DNA of 55,214 nt, taken from the NCBI GenBank assembly GCA_002716765.1, contig PBBY01000007.1:1-55214 (forward strand), in the 5' to 3' direction. Of this stretch, positions 1-9,745 are shown piece by piece. Made by a program: the position numbers and the translations under genes. Each line of letters opens with the position of its first letter. The first letter of the stretch is position 1. This DNA is from Candidatus Magasanikiibacteriota bacterium. Its GTDB lineage: Bacteria; Patescibacteriota; Patescibacteriia; Magasanikbacterales; UBA922. The notes below the pieces were generated by a model. It saw nothing but the letters and a program-made list of their open reading frames with translations. It had not been told where the DNA came from and made no database searches.

Positions 1-6
1 ATATAG

Positions 7-27
7 AAAACCCGGTAACCGGGTTTT
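7..27. terminator. Stem-loop AAAACCCGG-taa-CCGGGTTTT; reads as an intrinsic terminator on the minus strand downstream of tRNA-Lys
   Basis: Perfect 5-bp GC stem (11-15/19-23) flanked by A4 and T4 runs. Confidence 0.55.
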
Positions 28-34
28 CTTTTTG

Positions 35-107
35 TGCGCCGTGAGGGATTCGAACCCCCGACCGTTTGGTTAAGAGCCAACTGCTCTACCAACTGAGCTA
101 ACGGCGC
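35..107 (-). tRNA. tRNA-Lys (anticodon CTT)
   Basis: Reverse complement folds as GCGCCGT/ACGGCGC acceptor, GCTC/GAGC D stem, loop CTCTTAA (anticodon CTT), GGGGG-TTCGAAT-CCCTC T arm. No encoded CCA. Confidence 0.9.
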
Positions 108-112
108 CTCTT

Positions 113-874
113 TTATATAATCGAACTATTTGGCTCTTTTTTTAAAATTTCTATCTTTGGTCCTTTCCACTGTTTTACTTGCAGTCCATTTTCTGCTGCG
201 TCAGTTTGTGCCTCTTGTTTACTACCACCTTCTCCGGTTGCTACTTTTTCTTTTCCTAAAAAGACACCGACGGTAAATGTTTTGTTGTGGTCTGGACCTT
301 CTTCGCTCAGGACTTTGTATGTTGGTGTTACTCCCACTACTTCTTGGGCTGTTTCTTGGAATCGTGACTTTGCATCCATCCACAACCCTTCTTCTAGGAC
401 TTGTGGTAGCTTTACAATAATCCAGCGTGTAATAAACTGATCAGCCATGTCGTAGCCTTGGTCTATATAAATTGCGCCAATAATAGCTTCTATTGCGTTG
501 GCCAAAATATAGTCACGCGCTTTTACGCTTTCGTCTTTTGCTTCTCCGTGGCTTAAGAATAAATATTGTTCTATATCAATTTCTCTGGCAATCTGTGCAC
601 ACATTTTACCATTTACCAATGCAGCGCGCCAGTTTGTTAATTCTCCTTCTGGATTTAGGTAGTTATTGAAAAGGAATTTGGTCACAACAAGTTCTAAAAC
701 AGCATCACCTAAAAACTCAAGACGTTCATTGTGAGGAAGTGGAAAGTCTCGGTTTTCGTTAAGAAATGATCTGTGAACTAGTGCTTGAACAATAAGATCA
801 GGGTTAGTAAACGTGATACCTATTTTTTCCTCTAGTTGTTGGAAATTTTTTTCTAAATATGCTGGGACTGGCAT
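113..874 (-). CDS. rnc: Ribonuclease III
   Basis: RNase III signature NERLEFLGDAVLELVV plus C-terminal dsRBD-like region. Confidence 0.9.
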   Translation of the reverse strand: MPVPAYLEKNFQQLEEKIGITFTNPDLIVQALVHRSFLNENRDFPLPHNERLEFLGDAVLELVVTKFLFNNYLNPEGELTNWRAALVNGKMCAQIAREIDIEQYLFLSHGEAKDESVKARDYILANAIEAIIGAIYIDQGYDMADQFITRWIIVKLPQVLEEGLWMDAKSRFQETAQEVVGVTPTYKVLSEEGPDHNKTFTVGVFLGKEKVATGEGGSKQEAQTDAAENGLQVKQWKGPKIEILKKEPNSSII

Positions 875-965
875 ACTGTTATAATAAATACCACATCTCA
901 GTATACGACTATGTCATATAATGAAATATGGAAGCATTGTATTTCTACATGCTACATATATAAAA

Positions 966-1430
966 TTATGTACTTTTTTCTTCTACTGGAGACGCTTCTT
1001 TTTGTGACTCTTCTTCTTTTATGTCATTATACATTGCGCCTAAAATACCATTAACAAATTTTCCCGAAGATGGGCCACCATAATTTTTTGCAAGTTCAAT
1101 TGCTTCATTTATGGCTACTTTTGAGGGAATATTTTTATTAATATACAATTCGTAAACACCGATACGTAAAATATTTCTGTCTATAAGTGCCATCTGGTCG
1201 ATTGGCCAATTGCTTGCGTAATCTGTAATACGAGCGTCAACCGCATCGATATTGGTAATAATAGCCTCGGCGGTTTTGGTAATATACGATGCGTTTTCGT
1301 CGAGATCTTTTCCAAATTGGTTACGTAACTCATCTATAATTGCAGGTAGTGCAGCGCTTGGTTTGTCACGAAAGTCCCATTGATAGAGGGTTTGCATAAC
1401 AATGGATCGGGCCAGGTGTCTGTTAGACAT
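966..1430 (-). CDS. nusB: Transcription antitermination factor NusB
   Basis: NusB-like all-helical protein ([14 protein letters not shown] ... [14 protein letters not shown] ... [10 protein letters not shown]). Confidence 0.85.
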   Translation of the reverse strand: MSNRHLARSIVMQTLYQWDFRDKPSAALPAIIDELRNQFGKDLDENASYITKTAEAIITNIDAVDARITDYASNWPIDQMALIDRNILRIGVYELYINKNIPSKVAINEAIELAKNYGGPSSGKFVNGILGAMYNDIKEEESQKEASPVEEKST

Positions 1431-1457
1431 AGTAATAAAGAGCTAAGAATAAAAAAC

Positions 1458-1673
1458 TTATGTTAAGGGTTTTAATTTTTTTACCCGTCTTTTCATTCGT
1501 TTTTCTACGTCGATAACTTGACGCCCTTTGTAGGTCCCGCTTACCGGAGATGCATGATGGGCAAGACTTGGGTTTCCTTGTTCGTCGACATGAATTTGAA
1601 GAAGTGGACCATTTTTATGTGATCGTCTTCGTCCTTTTTTTGATTTTGTGGTTTTTCCTTTAGGTGTAGACAT
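1458..1673 (-). CDS. rpmF: 50S ribosomal protein L32
   Basis: N-terminal PKGKTTKSKKGRRRSH motif typical of L32; small basic protein. Confidence 0.8.
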   Translation of the reverse strand: MSTPKGKTTKSKKGRRRSHKNGPLLQIHVDEQGNPSLAHHASPVSGTYKGRQVIDVEKRMKRRVKKLKPLT

Positions 1674-1785
1674 AAAATATTATATATATTAACGCTCCTT
1701 CATTCTTAAGGTGAATGTGTAATGAGCTTATTATATGATAAAATGAAAATAAAATCAAGAGTGTGTGTGTAACGCTTGACAATAA

Positions 1786-1814
1786 TTGCCTAAATGAGCC
1801 AAATTCGCTATCAT
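1786..1814 (+). promoter_or_regulatory. Sigma70-like promoter TTGCCT-17-TATCAT; ATG 8 nt after -10 (leaderless candidate)
   Basis: -35 at 1786-1791, -10 at 1809-1814, start codon at 1822, no SD. Confidence 0.45.
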
Positions 1815-1821
1815 AAGACAT

Positions 1822-2814
1822 ATGAATACACAGATTTGCCACAGTAAAAGCAATTGGAAGGAGGGTTTTGGTGAAAAATCCGAGGAAAGCTTTCTTCAGT
1901 CTTGGGATTGGGGTGAATTTCAAGAAAAAACGGGAAAAAAGGTGTTACGCTTACAAGTTATAGATAATTCATCTGTAGTATATCAAATACAGGTGTATAT
2001 TCATGAACTTGCCTTGGGGAAATATTATGCCTATATTCCACGTTGTATTATTGTAGATGCGGCTATTTTTGCGAAAATTACTAATTTTTTAGCTAATTAT
2101 GGAGTAGTTTTTGTAAGAATTGATCCTGTTTCTCCTTTTGAGGTAAAAACAGCTTACAGAACAGAGGTAGTCAAAAATAGGCAGCCATCAGATACTATAT
2201 TATTGGATATTTCTGAGGATGAAGATAAGCTTCTTGCACAAATGCATGGAAAAACACGATATAATATTCGATTGGCGCAAAAAAGGGGTGTGCAGATAAA
2301 AGAAGAAGAAAATAGTGATATATTTTGGGAACTCCACAGGCAAACAAGTAAAAGAGATGGGTTTTGTGGGCATGATAAATCGTATTATGAGCATATGATT
2401 GCCTCACCTTGTACAAGGCAGCTTGTGGCATATAAAAACAATACGCCACTTGCGTCAAATATTTATATTCTTCACAATAGTGTGTGCACCTATCTTCATG
2501 GAGCATCTGGAAATGCGCATCGTAATGACATGGCGCCACACTTGCTACAATGGAAAGGTGTTGAGTTGGCAAAGAAACACCAGTGTCATGAGTATGATTT
2601 TTGGGGAGTGGCACCAGAGCCAAAACATAAAAATGAAGAAAAAGCATTACATAGTCACGTGTGGAATATAAATCATTCACTTTCTGGCGTGACGCGGTTT
2701 AAGGCAGGGTTTGGTGGAAGGCGTGTAACATACGGAAGGTCGCATGATGTTATTCTTTCTTCTTTTTGGTATAATACGTACAGACTTGCAAAAAAGATCC
2801 GTGGAATCATATGA
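1822..2814 (+). CDS. FemAB-family peptidoglycan interpeptide-bridge aminoacyltransferase
   Basis: FLQSWDWGEF and TRYNIRLAQKRGV motifs typical of the FemA/FemB/FemX family. Confidence 0.75.
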   Translation: MNTQICHSKSNWKEGFGEKSEESFLQSWDWGEFQEKTGKKVLRLQVIDNSSVVYQIQVYIHELALGKYYAYIPRCIIVDAAIFAKITNFLANYGVVFVRIDPVSPFEVKTAYRTEVVKNRQPSDTILLDISEDEDKLLAQMHGKTRYNIRLAQKRGVQIKEEENSDIFWELHRQTSKRDGFCGHDKSYYEHMIASPCTRQLVAYKNNTPLASNIYILHNSVCTYLHGASGNAHRNDMAPHLLQWKGVELAKKHQCHEYDFWGVAPEPKHKNEEKALHSHVWNINHSLSGVTRFKAGFGGRRVTYGRSHDVILSSFWYNTYRLAKKIRGII

Positions 2815-3353
2815 TCAAAAAATGGGAAATTCAATCAATTAAAAAAACAGTTTGGCCAAAAAAATACTGTACAGTAGATGAGTATCTGTTTAAACGACAA
2901 GATGGAAAACTGACAAAATGGTATATTCATCCAGGAGATGGGGTGGTTATTATTGTGGCACTCACTAAAAAAGGAGAGGTGATTTGCATAAAGCAATATC
3001 GACAAGGTATAGATATGATTGATCTGGGATTTCCTGCGGGTGGAGTAAAAAAGGGGATAACGCCATTACAAAGCGCAAAAGAGGAGTTAGAAGAAGAGGC
3101 TGGGTACATTTCAAAAAATTGGGAATGTATAGACAAGCGCGCAAGAAGTTCTGGAACTAGTAATTCTTGGCAATATACGTATGTTGCACTTGATTGTGTG
3201 GAGGTTGGGCAAAAACTCGAAGATGATGAATTTATAGGGGTGGAATATTACTCTATTAAAGAAGTTGAAACACTAATTCAAAATGGTACAATGAATGATA
3301 TGGGTTGTGCGTATTCTGGGCTTTTGGCACTCAAACATTTTAATACAATATAA
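2811..3353 (+). CDS. NUDIX hydrolase
   Basis: Nudix box GGVKKGITPLQSAKEELEEEAGY; ATGA overlap with upstream gene. Confidence 0.8.
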   Translation: MIKKWEIQSIKKTVWPKKYCTVDEYLFKRQDGKLTKWYIHPGDGVVIIVALTKKGEVICIKQYRQGIDMIDLGFPAGGVKKGITPLQSAKEELEEEAGYISKNWECIDKRARSSGTSNSWQYTYVALDCVEVGQKLEDDEFIGVEYYSIKEVETLIQNGTMNDMGCAYSGLLALKHFNTI

Positions 3354-3364
3354 GGAGTGTTTCT

Positions 3365-3946
3365 ATGAAAAAATCAATAAACCAAAAATTATTTTTTCGC
3401 ATTAACAAACAAATTGGGTCAAAACCATTGCTAGATAGATTTATGCGTTTTTGTGGTCATGATCTGATATATATATTGACGTTTGTGGTATTTATGTGGG
3501 GAACAATCGTGCTTTTTGATACAGACCCAGATAGGTTCAGATTATTTATGAAACTATTAATGACAGCCGCTGTTTTTGGTTTTGGAACTAGCTGGCTTAT
3601 TGCGTTTATTGTGCCACGAAGAAGACCAATCAGAGAATTTCCAGAAAAAGTACAGCAACTTATAGAACCGCTTGGTACATGGAAATCATTTCCATCCGAT
3701 CATACTATTGCTTCATTTATTTTAGCAGAAATCACTATTATGTTTGGCGCACCACTTTGGTTTGGATTACTATTAATCCTCTCGGCAACACTGATTGGAT
3801 TTGCGCGAGTGTATGTTGGGGTGCATTATCCACGAGATATTTTGGGTGGTATTGTTGTTGCGACTATTTTTTCTTTTACCTCTTTTTTCTTGCTTCAGCA
3901 TATTACAGAACCGCTCTATTCTGCATTTAGAATATTATTTTTATGA
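3365..3946 (+). CDS. PAP2-family membrane phosphatase (undecaprenyl-diphosphatase-like)
   Basis: PAP2 motifs SFPSDHT and ARVYVGVHYPRD; multiple TM segments. Confidence 0.75.
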   Translation: MKKSINQKLFFRINKQIGSKPLLDRFMRFCGHDLIYILTFVVFMWGTIVLFDTDPDRFRLFMKLLMTAAVFGFGTSWLIAFIVPRRRPIREFPEKVQQLIEPLGTWKSFPSDHTIASFILAEITIMFGAPLWFGLLLILSATLIGFARVYVGVHYPRDILGGIVVATIFSFTSFFLLQHITEPLYSAFRILFL

Positions 3947-4989
3947 GAAAAAGATCGACCGCACTTGGCGTATTCTTAGTCTTATTGTTGTTTATTGGTA
4001 TAGCTTGTGCGTGGTTTGTTGTTTCACAAATTTATTTTGCCAGCACAAAACAAGACGGTTCTGTTACGTTTGATGTGGAAAAAAATGAGTCTATCGCATC
4101 ACTTGCTGCGCGATTAGAGCAGGAAGGGGTGATTCACCATGCATGGTTATTTAAAAAATATAGTGTTTTAAAACAAGTTGATACAAAAATACAAGCTGGA
4201 ACCTATACTGTTTTTGCGCCGGTAACACTAGAAACCGTTATTGCACAACTGCTTCATCCAGACTCAAAAGAAGAGCGAGAAATTACTATTATTCCTGGAT
4301 GGAATGTGCGAGATATGGCAGTATATTTTGAAAAAGAGGGAATTGCAAGCCAAGAAGATTTTTTTATGCTTGTGGGAAATCCTGTACAAAAAAAACAGCG
4401 TCCTAAGATTAAAAAACATACTTCATCGGATTTTTTGACACAAGAAAAACCAAAAGATATTTCATTTGAAGGGTATTTTAGACCAGATACGTTTCGGTTT
4501 TATAAGAGTGACACAGTAGAAGATATACTGTCACGGTTATTTACAGAAAGAGAGAAAGAGTTTACACCAACACTTCTTGCAGATATTAAAAAAACGAATT
4601 ATTCAGTTCATGAAATTCTAACACTCGCCAGTATTGTAGAGCGAGAAGTGCGTGGGAAAGAAGATAAAGAAAAGGTGGCGGATTTATTTTTACGAAGACT
4701 AGAAAAAGGCTGGGCATTACAAGCTGACTCAACCGTGCATTATATAAGTGGTCGAAACGGTGATGTGTTTACCAAAAAAACAGAACGAGATGTCGATTCT
4801 CTTTGGAATACCTATAAATATCCAGGACTACCGCCTGGGCCAATCGCTATTCCAAGTATGGAAAGTATAAAAGCGGTGGTGTACCCAAAAGCAAACCCGT
4901 ATTGGTATTTTTTAACAGATTTTAATGGAAAAGTGCATTACGGTAAAACACTCGATGAACACAATAGTAATAGATATACTTATTTATAA
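3943..4989 (+). CDS. mltG: Endolytic murein transglycosylase MltG (YceG family)
   Basis: N-terminal TM helix; LASIVEREV and NTYKYPGLPPGPIAIPS motifs. Confidence 0.85.
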   Translation: MRKRSTALGVFLVLLLFIGIACAWFVVSQIYFASTKQDGSVTFDVEKNESIASLAARLEQEGVIHHAWLFKKYSVLKQVDTKIQAGTYTVFAPVTLETVIAQLLHPDSKEEREITIIPGWNVRDMAVYFEKEGIASQEDFFMLVGNPVQKKQRPKIKKHTSSDFLTQEKPKDISFEGYFRPDTFRFYKSDTVEDILSRLFTEREKEFTPTLLADIKKTNYSVHEILTLASIVEREVRGKEDKEKVADLFLRRLEKGWALQADSTVHYISGRNGDVFTKKTERDVDSLWNTYKYPGLPPGPIAIPSMESIKAVVYPKANPYWYFLTDFNGKVHYGKTLDEHNSNRYTYL

Positions 4990-4993
4990 CCAT

Positions 4994-6121
4994 ATGAACC
5001 CTATTGAATATCATGAAAAATTACACGGAAAAATTGAGGTTATTTCTCGGGCAACAATTAATTCAAAAGAAGATTTGTCACTGGCGTATACACCAGGAGT
5101 TTCCGAGCCATGCAAGGAAATTGCAGTAGATGTGTCTAAAGTATATGCGTATACCAGAAAAAGTAATATGGTTGCTGTCGTAACCGATGGTAGTGCCGTG
5201 CTTGGTTTAGGAAATATTGGTCCGGAAGCAAGTTTGCCAGTCATGGAAGGAAAGTGTGCATTATTTAAACAATTTGCCGATGTTGACGCCTTTCCTTTAG
5301 CGCTGGCAACACAAAATCCAGAAGAGATTATAGAAACAGTTGTTCGTATTGCACCAATGTTTGGTGGAATAAATTTAGAAGATATTGCGGCTCCACATTG
5401 TTTTACTATTTTAAAAGCACTCGAAGAGCAATTGGATATTCCTGTATTTCACGATGACCAAGATGGTACAGCAATAGTAGTTTTGGCAGGATTAATTAAT
5501 GCATCAAAAGTAGTTGGTACCGCACTTTCGGATTGTCGTGTAGTGATTAATGGTGCTGGAGCCGCTGGTATTGCCATTGCACGTTTGCTAACGGCATTTG
5601 GTGTTGGGAAAATTAATATGCTTGATTCAAAAGGGTTAATCCATAATGGTAGAAGTGATATAAACAATGCAAAAAAAGAATTTGCTGTTGCTTCGCGTGG
5701 TGAAGAAGTGCAGATACCGCTGCAAGACATAATTGTGGATGCAAATATATTTATTGGTGTCAGTCGTGGCGGTGCGTTAACACAAGACATGGTACAAACC
5801 ATGGCAGATAGTGCTATTGTTTTTGCCATGGCAAATCCAGATCCAGAAATTTTACCAGACCAGGCAAAAGCCGGAGGAGCCGCGGTGGTTGCAACCGGTA
5901 GAAGTGATTTTGCGAATCAAATTAATAATGTATTGGTATTTCCGGGATTTTTTCGCGGATTACTCGATAAAAGAATTGTAAAAATAACTCAAGAAATGAA
6001 ACTATCTGCTGCAAAAGCGCTTGCCGGTTCTGTACAAGAACCAAATGCCGAATATATTATCCCAAGTCCATTTGATGCGGGAGTTAGTGCAAAAATCGCA
6101 CAAGCTATTTCTTTTAAATAA
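4994..6121 (+). CDS. NAD(P)-dependent malic enzyme (short form)
   Basis: LSLAYTPGVSEPCKEIA, GINLEDIAAPHCF, GAGAAGIAI. Start moved to ATG 4994, just after the mltG stop. Confidence 0.85.
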   Translation: MNPIEYHEKLHGKIEVISRATINSKEDLSLAYTPGVSEPCKEIAVDVSKVYAYTRKSNMVAVVTDGSAVLGLGNIGPEASLPVMEGKCALFKQFADVDAFPLALATQNPEEIIETVVRIAPMFGGINLEDIAAPHCFTILKALEEQLDIPVFHDDQDGTAIVVLAGLINASKVVGTALSDCRVVINGAGAAGIAIARLLTAFGVGKINMLDSKGLIHNGRSDINNAKKEFAVASRGEEVQIPLQDIIVDANIFIGVSRGGALTQDMVQTMADSAIVFAMANPDPEILPDQAKAGGAAVVATGRSDFANQINNVLVFPGFFRGLLDKRIVKITQEMKLSAAKALAGSVQEPNAEYIIPSPFDAGVSAKIAQAISFK

Positions 6122-6124
6122 GGT

Positions 6125-7210
6125 ATGTCGTTGCATACAAAAGATTTTGATTATCATTTGCCCATTCATCAGATTGCACAACAATCTGTAGAACCGCGCG
6201 ACCAGGCAAAAATGATGGTGATTAACAAAAATAACAAAAGGATTGAGCATACACAATTTTTTTCTATAATAGATCATCTGAAAAAAGGAGATGTGCTTGT
6301 ATGGAATAATTCAAAAGTGTTTAAAGCTCGTTTATCGGGAAAACTTTTAACTCAAAATAATAAAGGTTTGTGGGACCATAAACGCGATATAGAATTATTT
6401 TTGGTTCGACCAATGGAAAACAAAGGCGTGTGGAAAGTGTTGGCAAAACCAGGAAGACATGTAAAACACGGTACGCGAGTTATGATTAATAAAGATGCAA
6501 ATTTTTATTGTGACGTGATGATAAAAGAGGGTGGGGGCACCATTTTGGTACAATTTCCTTTTGACGAAGATGTGGTACGTAATTTAGCAAATCGTTTTGG
6601 AAGTATTCCTATTCCACCATATGTAAAAGATGAGCCACATCAAATAGAGAGCTACCAAACAGTATATGCAAAAGAAGAAGGGTCGGTCGCGGCACCAACT
6701 GCCGGGTTTCATTTTACTCCAACGCTTATAGAACAATTACGGCAAAAAGGTATTATTTTTGCCGAAGTAACATTACATGTTGGTTTGGGAACATTTTTAC
6801 CAGTCAAAACAGAAAAAATAGCTGATCATACTATGCACAGTGAATGGGTAGAGCTTACCAAAGAAAATGCCGATATTATAAATTTAGCAAAAAAAGAGGG
6901 GAGGCGAGTTGTTGCTGTTGGTACCACGTCAGTCAGGACTCTTGAAGGCATTGCGTCGTTGCCGCTTTTTACCAATAATCACAATAATTTACCAGTATTT
7001 TCCGGAGATATTAATATCTTTATTACTCCAGGCTTTTCTTTTCGCATTATTGATGGCCTTATTACTAATTTTCATTTACCAAAATCAACACTTCTTATGT
7101 TGGTTTCTGCGTTTATTGGTGACAGGGAATACACATTAGACTGTTACAATGAAGCAGTAAAAGAAGCTTACAGATTTTTTAGTTTCGGGGACTCAATGAT
7201 TATTGTGTAA
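6125..7210 (+). CDS. queA: S-adenosylmethionine:tRNA ribosyltransferase-isomerase
   Basis: FDYHLPIHQIAQQSVEPRDQAKMM and VAVGTTSVRTLE motifs. Confidence 0.9.
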   Translation: MSLHTKDFDYHLPIHQIAQQSVEPRDQAKMMVINKNNKRIEHTQFFSIIDHLKKGDVLVWNNSKVFKARLSGKLLTQNNKGLWDHKRDIELFLVRPMENKGVWKVLAKPGRHVKHGTRVMINKDANFYCDVMIKEGGGTILVQFPFDEDVVRNLANRFGSIPIPPYVKDEPHQIESYQTVYAKEEGSVAAPTAGFHFTPTLIEQLRQKGIIFAEVTLHVGLGTFLPVKTEKIADHTMHSEWVELTKENADIINLAKKEGRRVVAVGTTSVRTLEGIASLPLFTNNHNNLPVFSGDINIFITPGFSFRIIDGLITNFHLPKSTLLMLVSAFIGDREYTLDCYNEAVKEAYRFFSFGDSMIIV

Positions 7211-7218
7211 TTAAAAAA

Positions 7219-7237
7219 ACCAACAAAATGTGTTGGT
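7219..7237. terminator. Hairpin between convergent queA and tgt (T-run only on the minus strand)
   Basis: CCAACA-aaatg-TGTTGG with an A-run on the plus-strand 5' side. Confidence 0.5.
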
Positions 7238-7288
7238 TCGACAGAGGTTTGTTAAAATGAAAAAGGATAAAAAATACTATTATCATTT

Positions 7289-8485
7289 TTATTTTCTCCA
7301 ATCTTCTTGTAGGTTTTTGAATGTATCTTCTGTAATTGCTTTTTGTATATTTTTCATAAGGTCTAGCAAGAAAAAAAGATTGTGTTGGGTCGCCAAAACC
7401 TTCCCCAAGATTTCTTGTTCTTTAAATAGGTGGTGGAGATAGGCTCGCGAATACGAGTGAATAGGGGAATGCGGCATTCGTGAGTCTAGTGGTTTTTGAT
7501 CGTATTTAAATTGACTATTGGTAATATCTACCCAGCAATTTCGCGAATCTTTTGAGTCCTTTGGTTTTAATGCTGTATACGTTTTTGGATGAACATAAAA
7601 TGCGCCATTTCGTGCCATTCTGGTTGGTGCCACGCAATCAAACATGTCTACACCACGTTCAACCACGTCAAAAATATCGTACGGAGAAAATCCTACGCCC
7701 ATCGTATAATGCGGTTTATCTTCTGGGATAATTGGGGCAATCCAATCCAAAATGTCTTTTGTGGCTTCCATATTGTAGCCAATACTTTCGCCGCCAATAG
7801 CAATACCATCAAAATCCATTGCGCTAATTATTTTTGCGGATTCACAGCGGAGTGTTTTGTGATTTGCACCCTGAATAATACCAAATAAATATTGGTTATA
7901 GCCATGATGTGTGGTATTTTTTTTATGTTCTTTTATGCAACGCGCGGCCCATTTGTGGGTTCTGTCCATTGCCTTTTTTGTGTACGCTTCATCTGCTTTG
8001 TCTGGTGTACATTCGTCAAATGCCATAATAATATCGGCACCAAGTTTGTGCTGTATTTGAATGGCTGATTCTGGTGTAAACCGCCGTTTTGATCCATCAA
8101 TATATGAGCGAAAAGTAACGCCACCATCATCAATTTTTACAAGTTTTTCATTTGAACCACCTTCTTTTGTTTCTTTTTGTGCACCAAGGCTAAATACCTG
8201 AAATCCACCGCTGTCGGTAAGGATTGGTTTTTGCCATTGCATAAAATTATGTAGCCCACCAAAATTATCTATTACATCTTCTCCGGGTCGAAGATGAAGG
8301 TGGTAGGTATTGCCAAGAATAACTTCTGCCCCAATGTTGAGTAAATCTTGTGTCCGTAGACTTTTAACCGTTGCTTTTGTGCCAACCGGCATGAACATTG
8401 GTGTTGTTATGTCGCCGTGATCGGTAGAAATTACACCAGTTCTTGCTCGACATTCTGTTGATTTGTGTAGTGTGTTGAAAAACAT
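7289..8485 (-). CDS. tgt: Queuine tRNA-ribosyltransferase
   Basis: ARTGVISTDHGDITTPMFMPVGT and DCVAPTRMARNG motifs. Confidence 0.9.
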   Translation of the reverse strand: MFFNTLHKSTECRARTGVISTDHGDITTPMFMPVGTKATVKSLRTQDLLNIGAEVILGNTYHLHLRPGEDVIDNFGGLHNFMQWQKPILTDSGGFQVFSLGAQKETKEGGSNEKLVKIDDGGVTFRSYIDGSKRRFTPESAIQIQHKLGADIIMAFDECTPDKADEAYTKKAMDRTHKWAARCIKEHKKNTTHHGYNQYLFGIIQGANHKTLRCESAKIISAMDFDGIAIGGESIGYNMEATKDILDWIAPIIPEDKPHYTMGVGFSPYDIFDVVERGVDMFDCVAPTRMARNGAFYVHPKTYTALKPKDSKDSRNCWVDITNSQFKYDQKPLDSRMPHSPIHSYSRAYLHHLFKEQEILGKVLATQHNLFFLLDLMKNIQKAITEDTFKNLQEDWRK

Positions 8486-8545
8486 AATGTGTGTATCATA
8501 GTATAGTTGTACCTTTTTTTCAAGTATGAGTTTTTTGGTGGATTA

Positions 8546-8554
8546 TGCTATACT
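8546..8554 (+). promoter_or_regulatory. Extended -10 (TGcTATACT), ATG 7 nt downstream (leaderless candidate)
   Basis: TATACT at 8549-8554; start codon at 8562; no SD. Confidence 0.4.
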
Positions 8555-8561
8555 ATAACAT

Positions 8562-9467
8562 ATGTCTGAATCGCAAAAAATCTTTACATATTGCTGTGCT
8601 TTTGTGCTAGTGTTTCTTGTTTTTGTTTGTGCGCGGGAATGGTATGGGTATGTTTCTTTTAGAAAACAAAACCCCGGAGTAAACAAACCAATTCGCTCTT
8701 ATTCTATTCCTCGAATAAACGAAAAAGATGTTCGGTCGGCAAAAGAGGTAGAAACTACACTAATAACACCAACAGAGCCGGTTGTAAAAGTACAAAAAAA
8801 CGAGCAAAAAACAGTTCGTGTTAGTGTAACTCAAGTAAATGAAAAACCTCTAGAAACTAACCAAGAAGATCTGGGGTTGGTGCAGAAAACCATAAAAGTA
8901 TCATTACCAAAAGACGTTAATTTGCCGGTGCCGTTTACTTCACAGGCGCCAGAAAAAATTTGGACACAACCGTGGCAAGATGCTTGCGAAGAGGCGACGA
9001 TTCTTATGCTTGATGCATATTATAAAAAATATAACCTTAGTCCACTTTTTGCCAAAGATGAAATGCAAAAAATGGTAGACTGGGAAGACGAAAAAGGGTG
9101 GGGATTAAGTATTTCGGCAAAACAACTCCAAGAATTATTTTTTGATTATTCCGGAGGAGCACATGCTTTGCGAATTGTAGAAAATCCCACTTTATTGCAA
9201 TTAAAACAATTTCTTGCAAATGGGCATCCTGTTTTAGCGGCGGTTCATGGAAAGTCATTGCGTAATCCATATTTTAATGATGGGGGGCCAGACTATCACA
9301 CGGTTATTCTTCGTGGATATACTGGAACTGACTTTATTACTAATGAGCCTGGAACGTGGCGCGGTGAGGGTTTTATCTATTCACAAGACATAATTATGAA
9401 TGCGCTTCATGACTGGAACGGGGGAGACGTTGTTAATGGAACACCGGTTGTTTTGGTTTTAAAATAA
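8562..9467 (+). CDS. Membrane-anchored C39-like cysteine peptidase domain protein
   Basis: N-terminal TM helix; VPFTSQAPEKIWTQPWQDACEEA (Cys) and DYHTVILRGY (His) resemble the Peptidase_C39_2 family. Confidence 0.6.
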   Translation: MSESQKIFTYCCAFVLVFLVFVCAREWYGYVSFRKQNPGVNKPIRSYSIPRINEKDVRSAKEVETTLITPTEPVVKVQKNEQKTVRVSVTQVNEKPLETNQEDLGLVQKTIKVSLPKDVNLPVPFTSQAPEKIWTQPWQDACEEATILMLDAYYKKYNLSPLFAKDEMQKMVDWEDEKGWGLSISAKQLQELFFDYSGGAHALRIVENPTLLQLKQFLANGHPVLAAVHGKSLRNPYFNDGGPDYHTVILRGYTGTDFITNEPGTWRGEGFIYSQDIIMNALHDWNGGDVVNGTPVVLVLK

Positions 9468-9469
9468 TG

Positions 9470-9478
9470 TTATCCACA
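9470..9478 (+). promoter_or_regulatory. Perfect DnaA-box 9-mer TTATCCACA, 6 nt upstream of a -35 element
   Basis: Exact match to the consensus; same geometry as the box at 46812. Confidence 0.5.
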
Positions 9479-9484
9479 ATTTGC

Positions 9485-9513
9485 TTGACAGAAAAATAAA
9501 CATTTGTAATACT
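9485..9513 (+). promoter_or_regulatory. Sigma70-like promoter TTGACA-16/17-TAATACT
   Basis: -35 at 9485-9490; -10 around 9507-9513. Confidence 0.5.
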
Positions 9514-9519
9514 AAGTAT

Positions 9520-9731
9520 TACATGAAGTGGAGTACTTCTGTAGGTTTTATTAGGTATATGAACATACATACTAATACAATTATACATAACACCATAGCG
9601 GCGATGGAACTCATGATTGCATATTTTTGGTTTACTCTATTTAGTAAGCGAATGGTGGTTTGTACGCATATTGGTAAATAATATATCTTAAATAAAATAT
9701 TTACACAAATCACCAGAAATGGTGGTTTTTT
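9520..9731 (+). promoter_or_regulatory. About 210-nt leader RNA with mutually exclusive antiterminator and terminator helices
   Basis: 9653-9662 (TGGTGGTTTG) pairs 10/10 (one G-U) with 9706-9715. The same 9711-9715 also forms CACCA-gaaa-TGGTG followed by GTTTTTT (9711-9731). AATGGTGGTTT occurs twice. Confidence 0.5.
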
Positions 9732-9745
9732 ACTTAAACTTATAT

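Noticed and set aside
2195-2680. 161-aa, 64-aa and 90-aa ORFs overlapping the FemAB-family gene
   Set aside because: They are antisense or out-of-frame shadows of a gene with clear family motifs.
9470-9478. Replication origin (oriC) implied by DnaA boxes
   Set aside because: The boxes are single and dispersed over 40 kb, each at a promoter. There is no cluster, no AT-rich unwinding element next to a cluster, and no dnaA or dnaN in the window.
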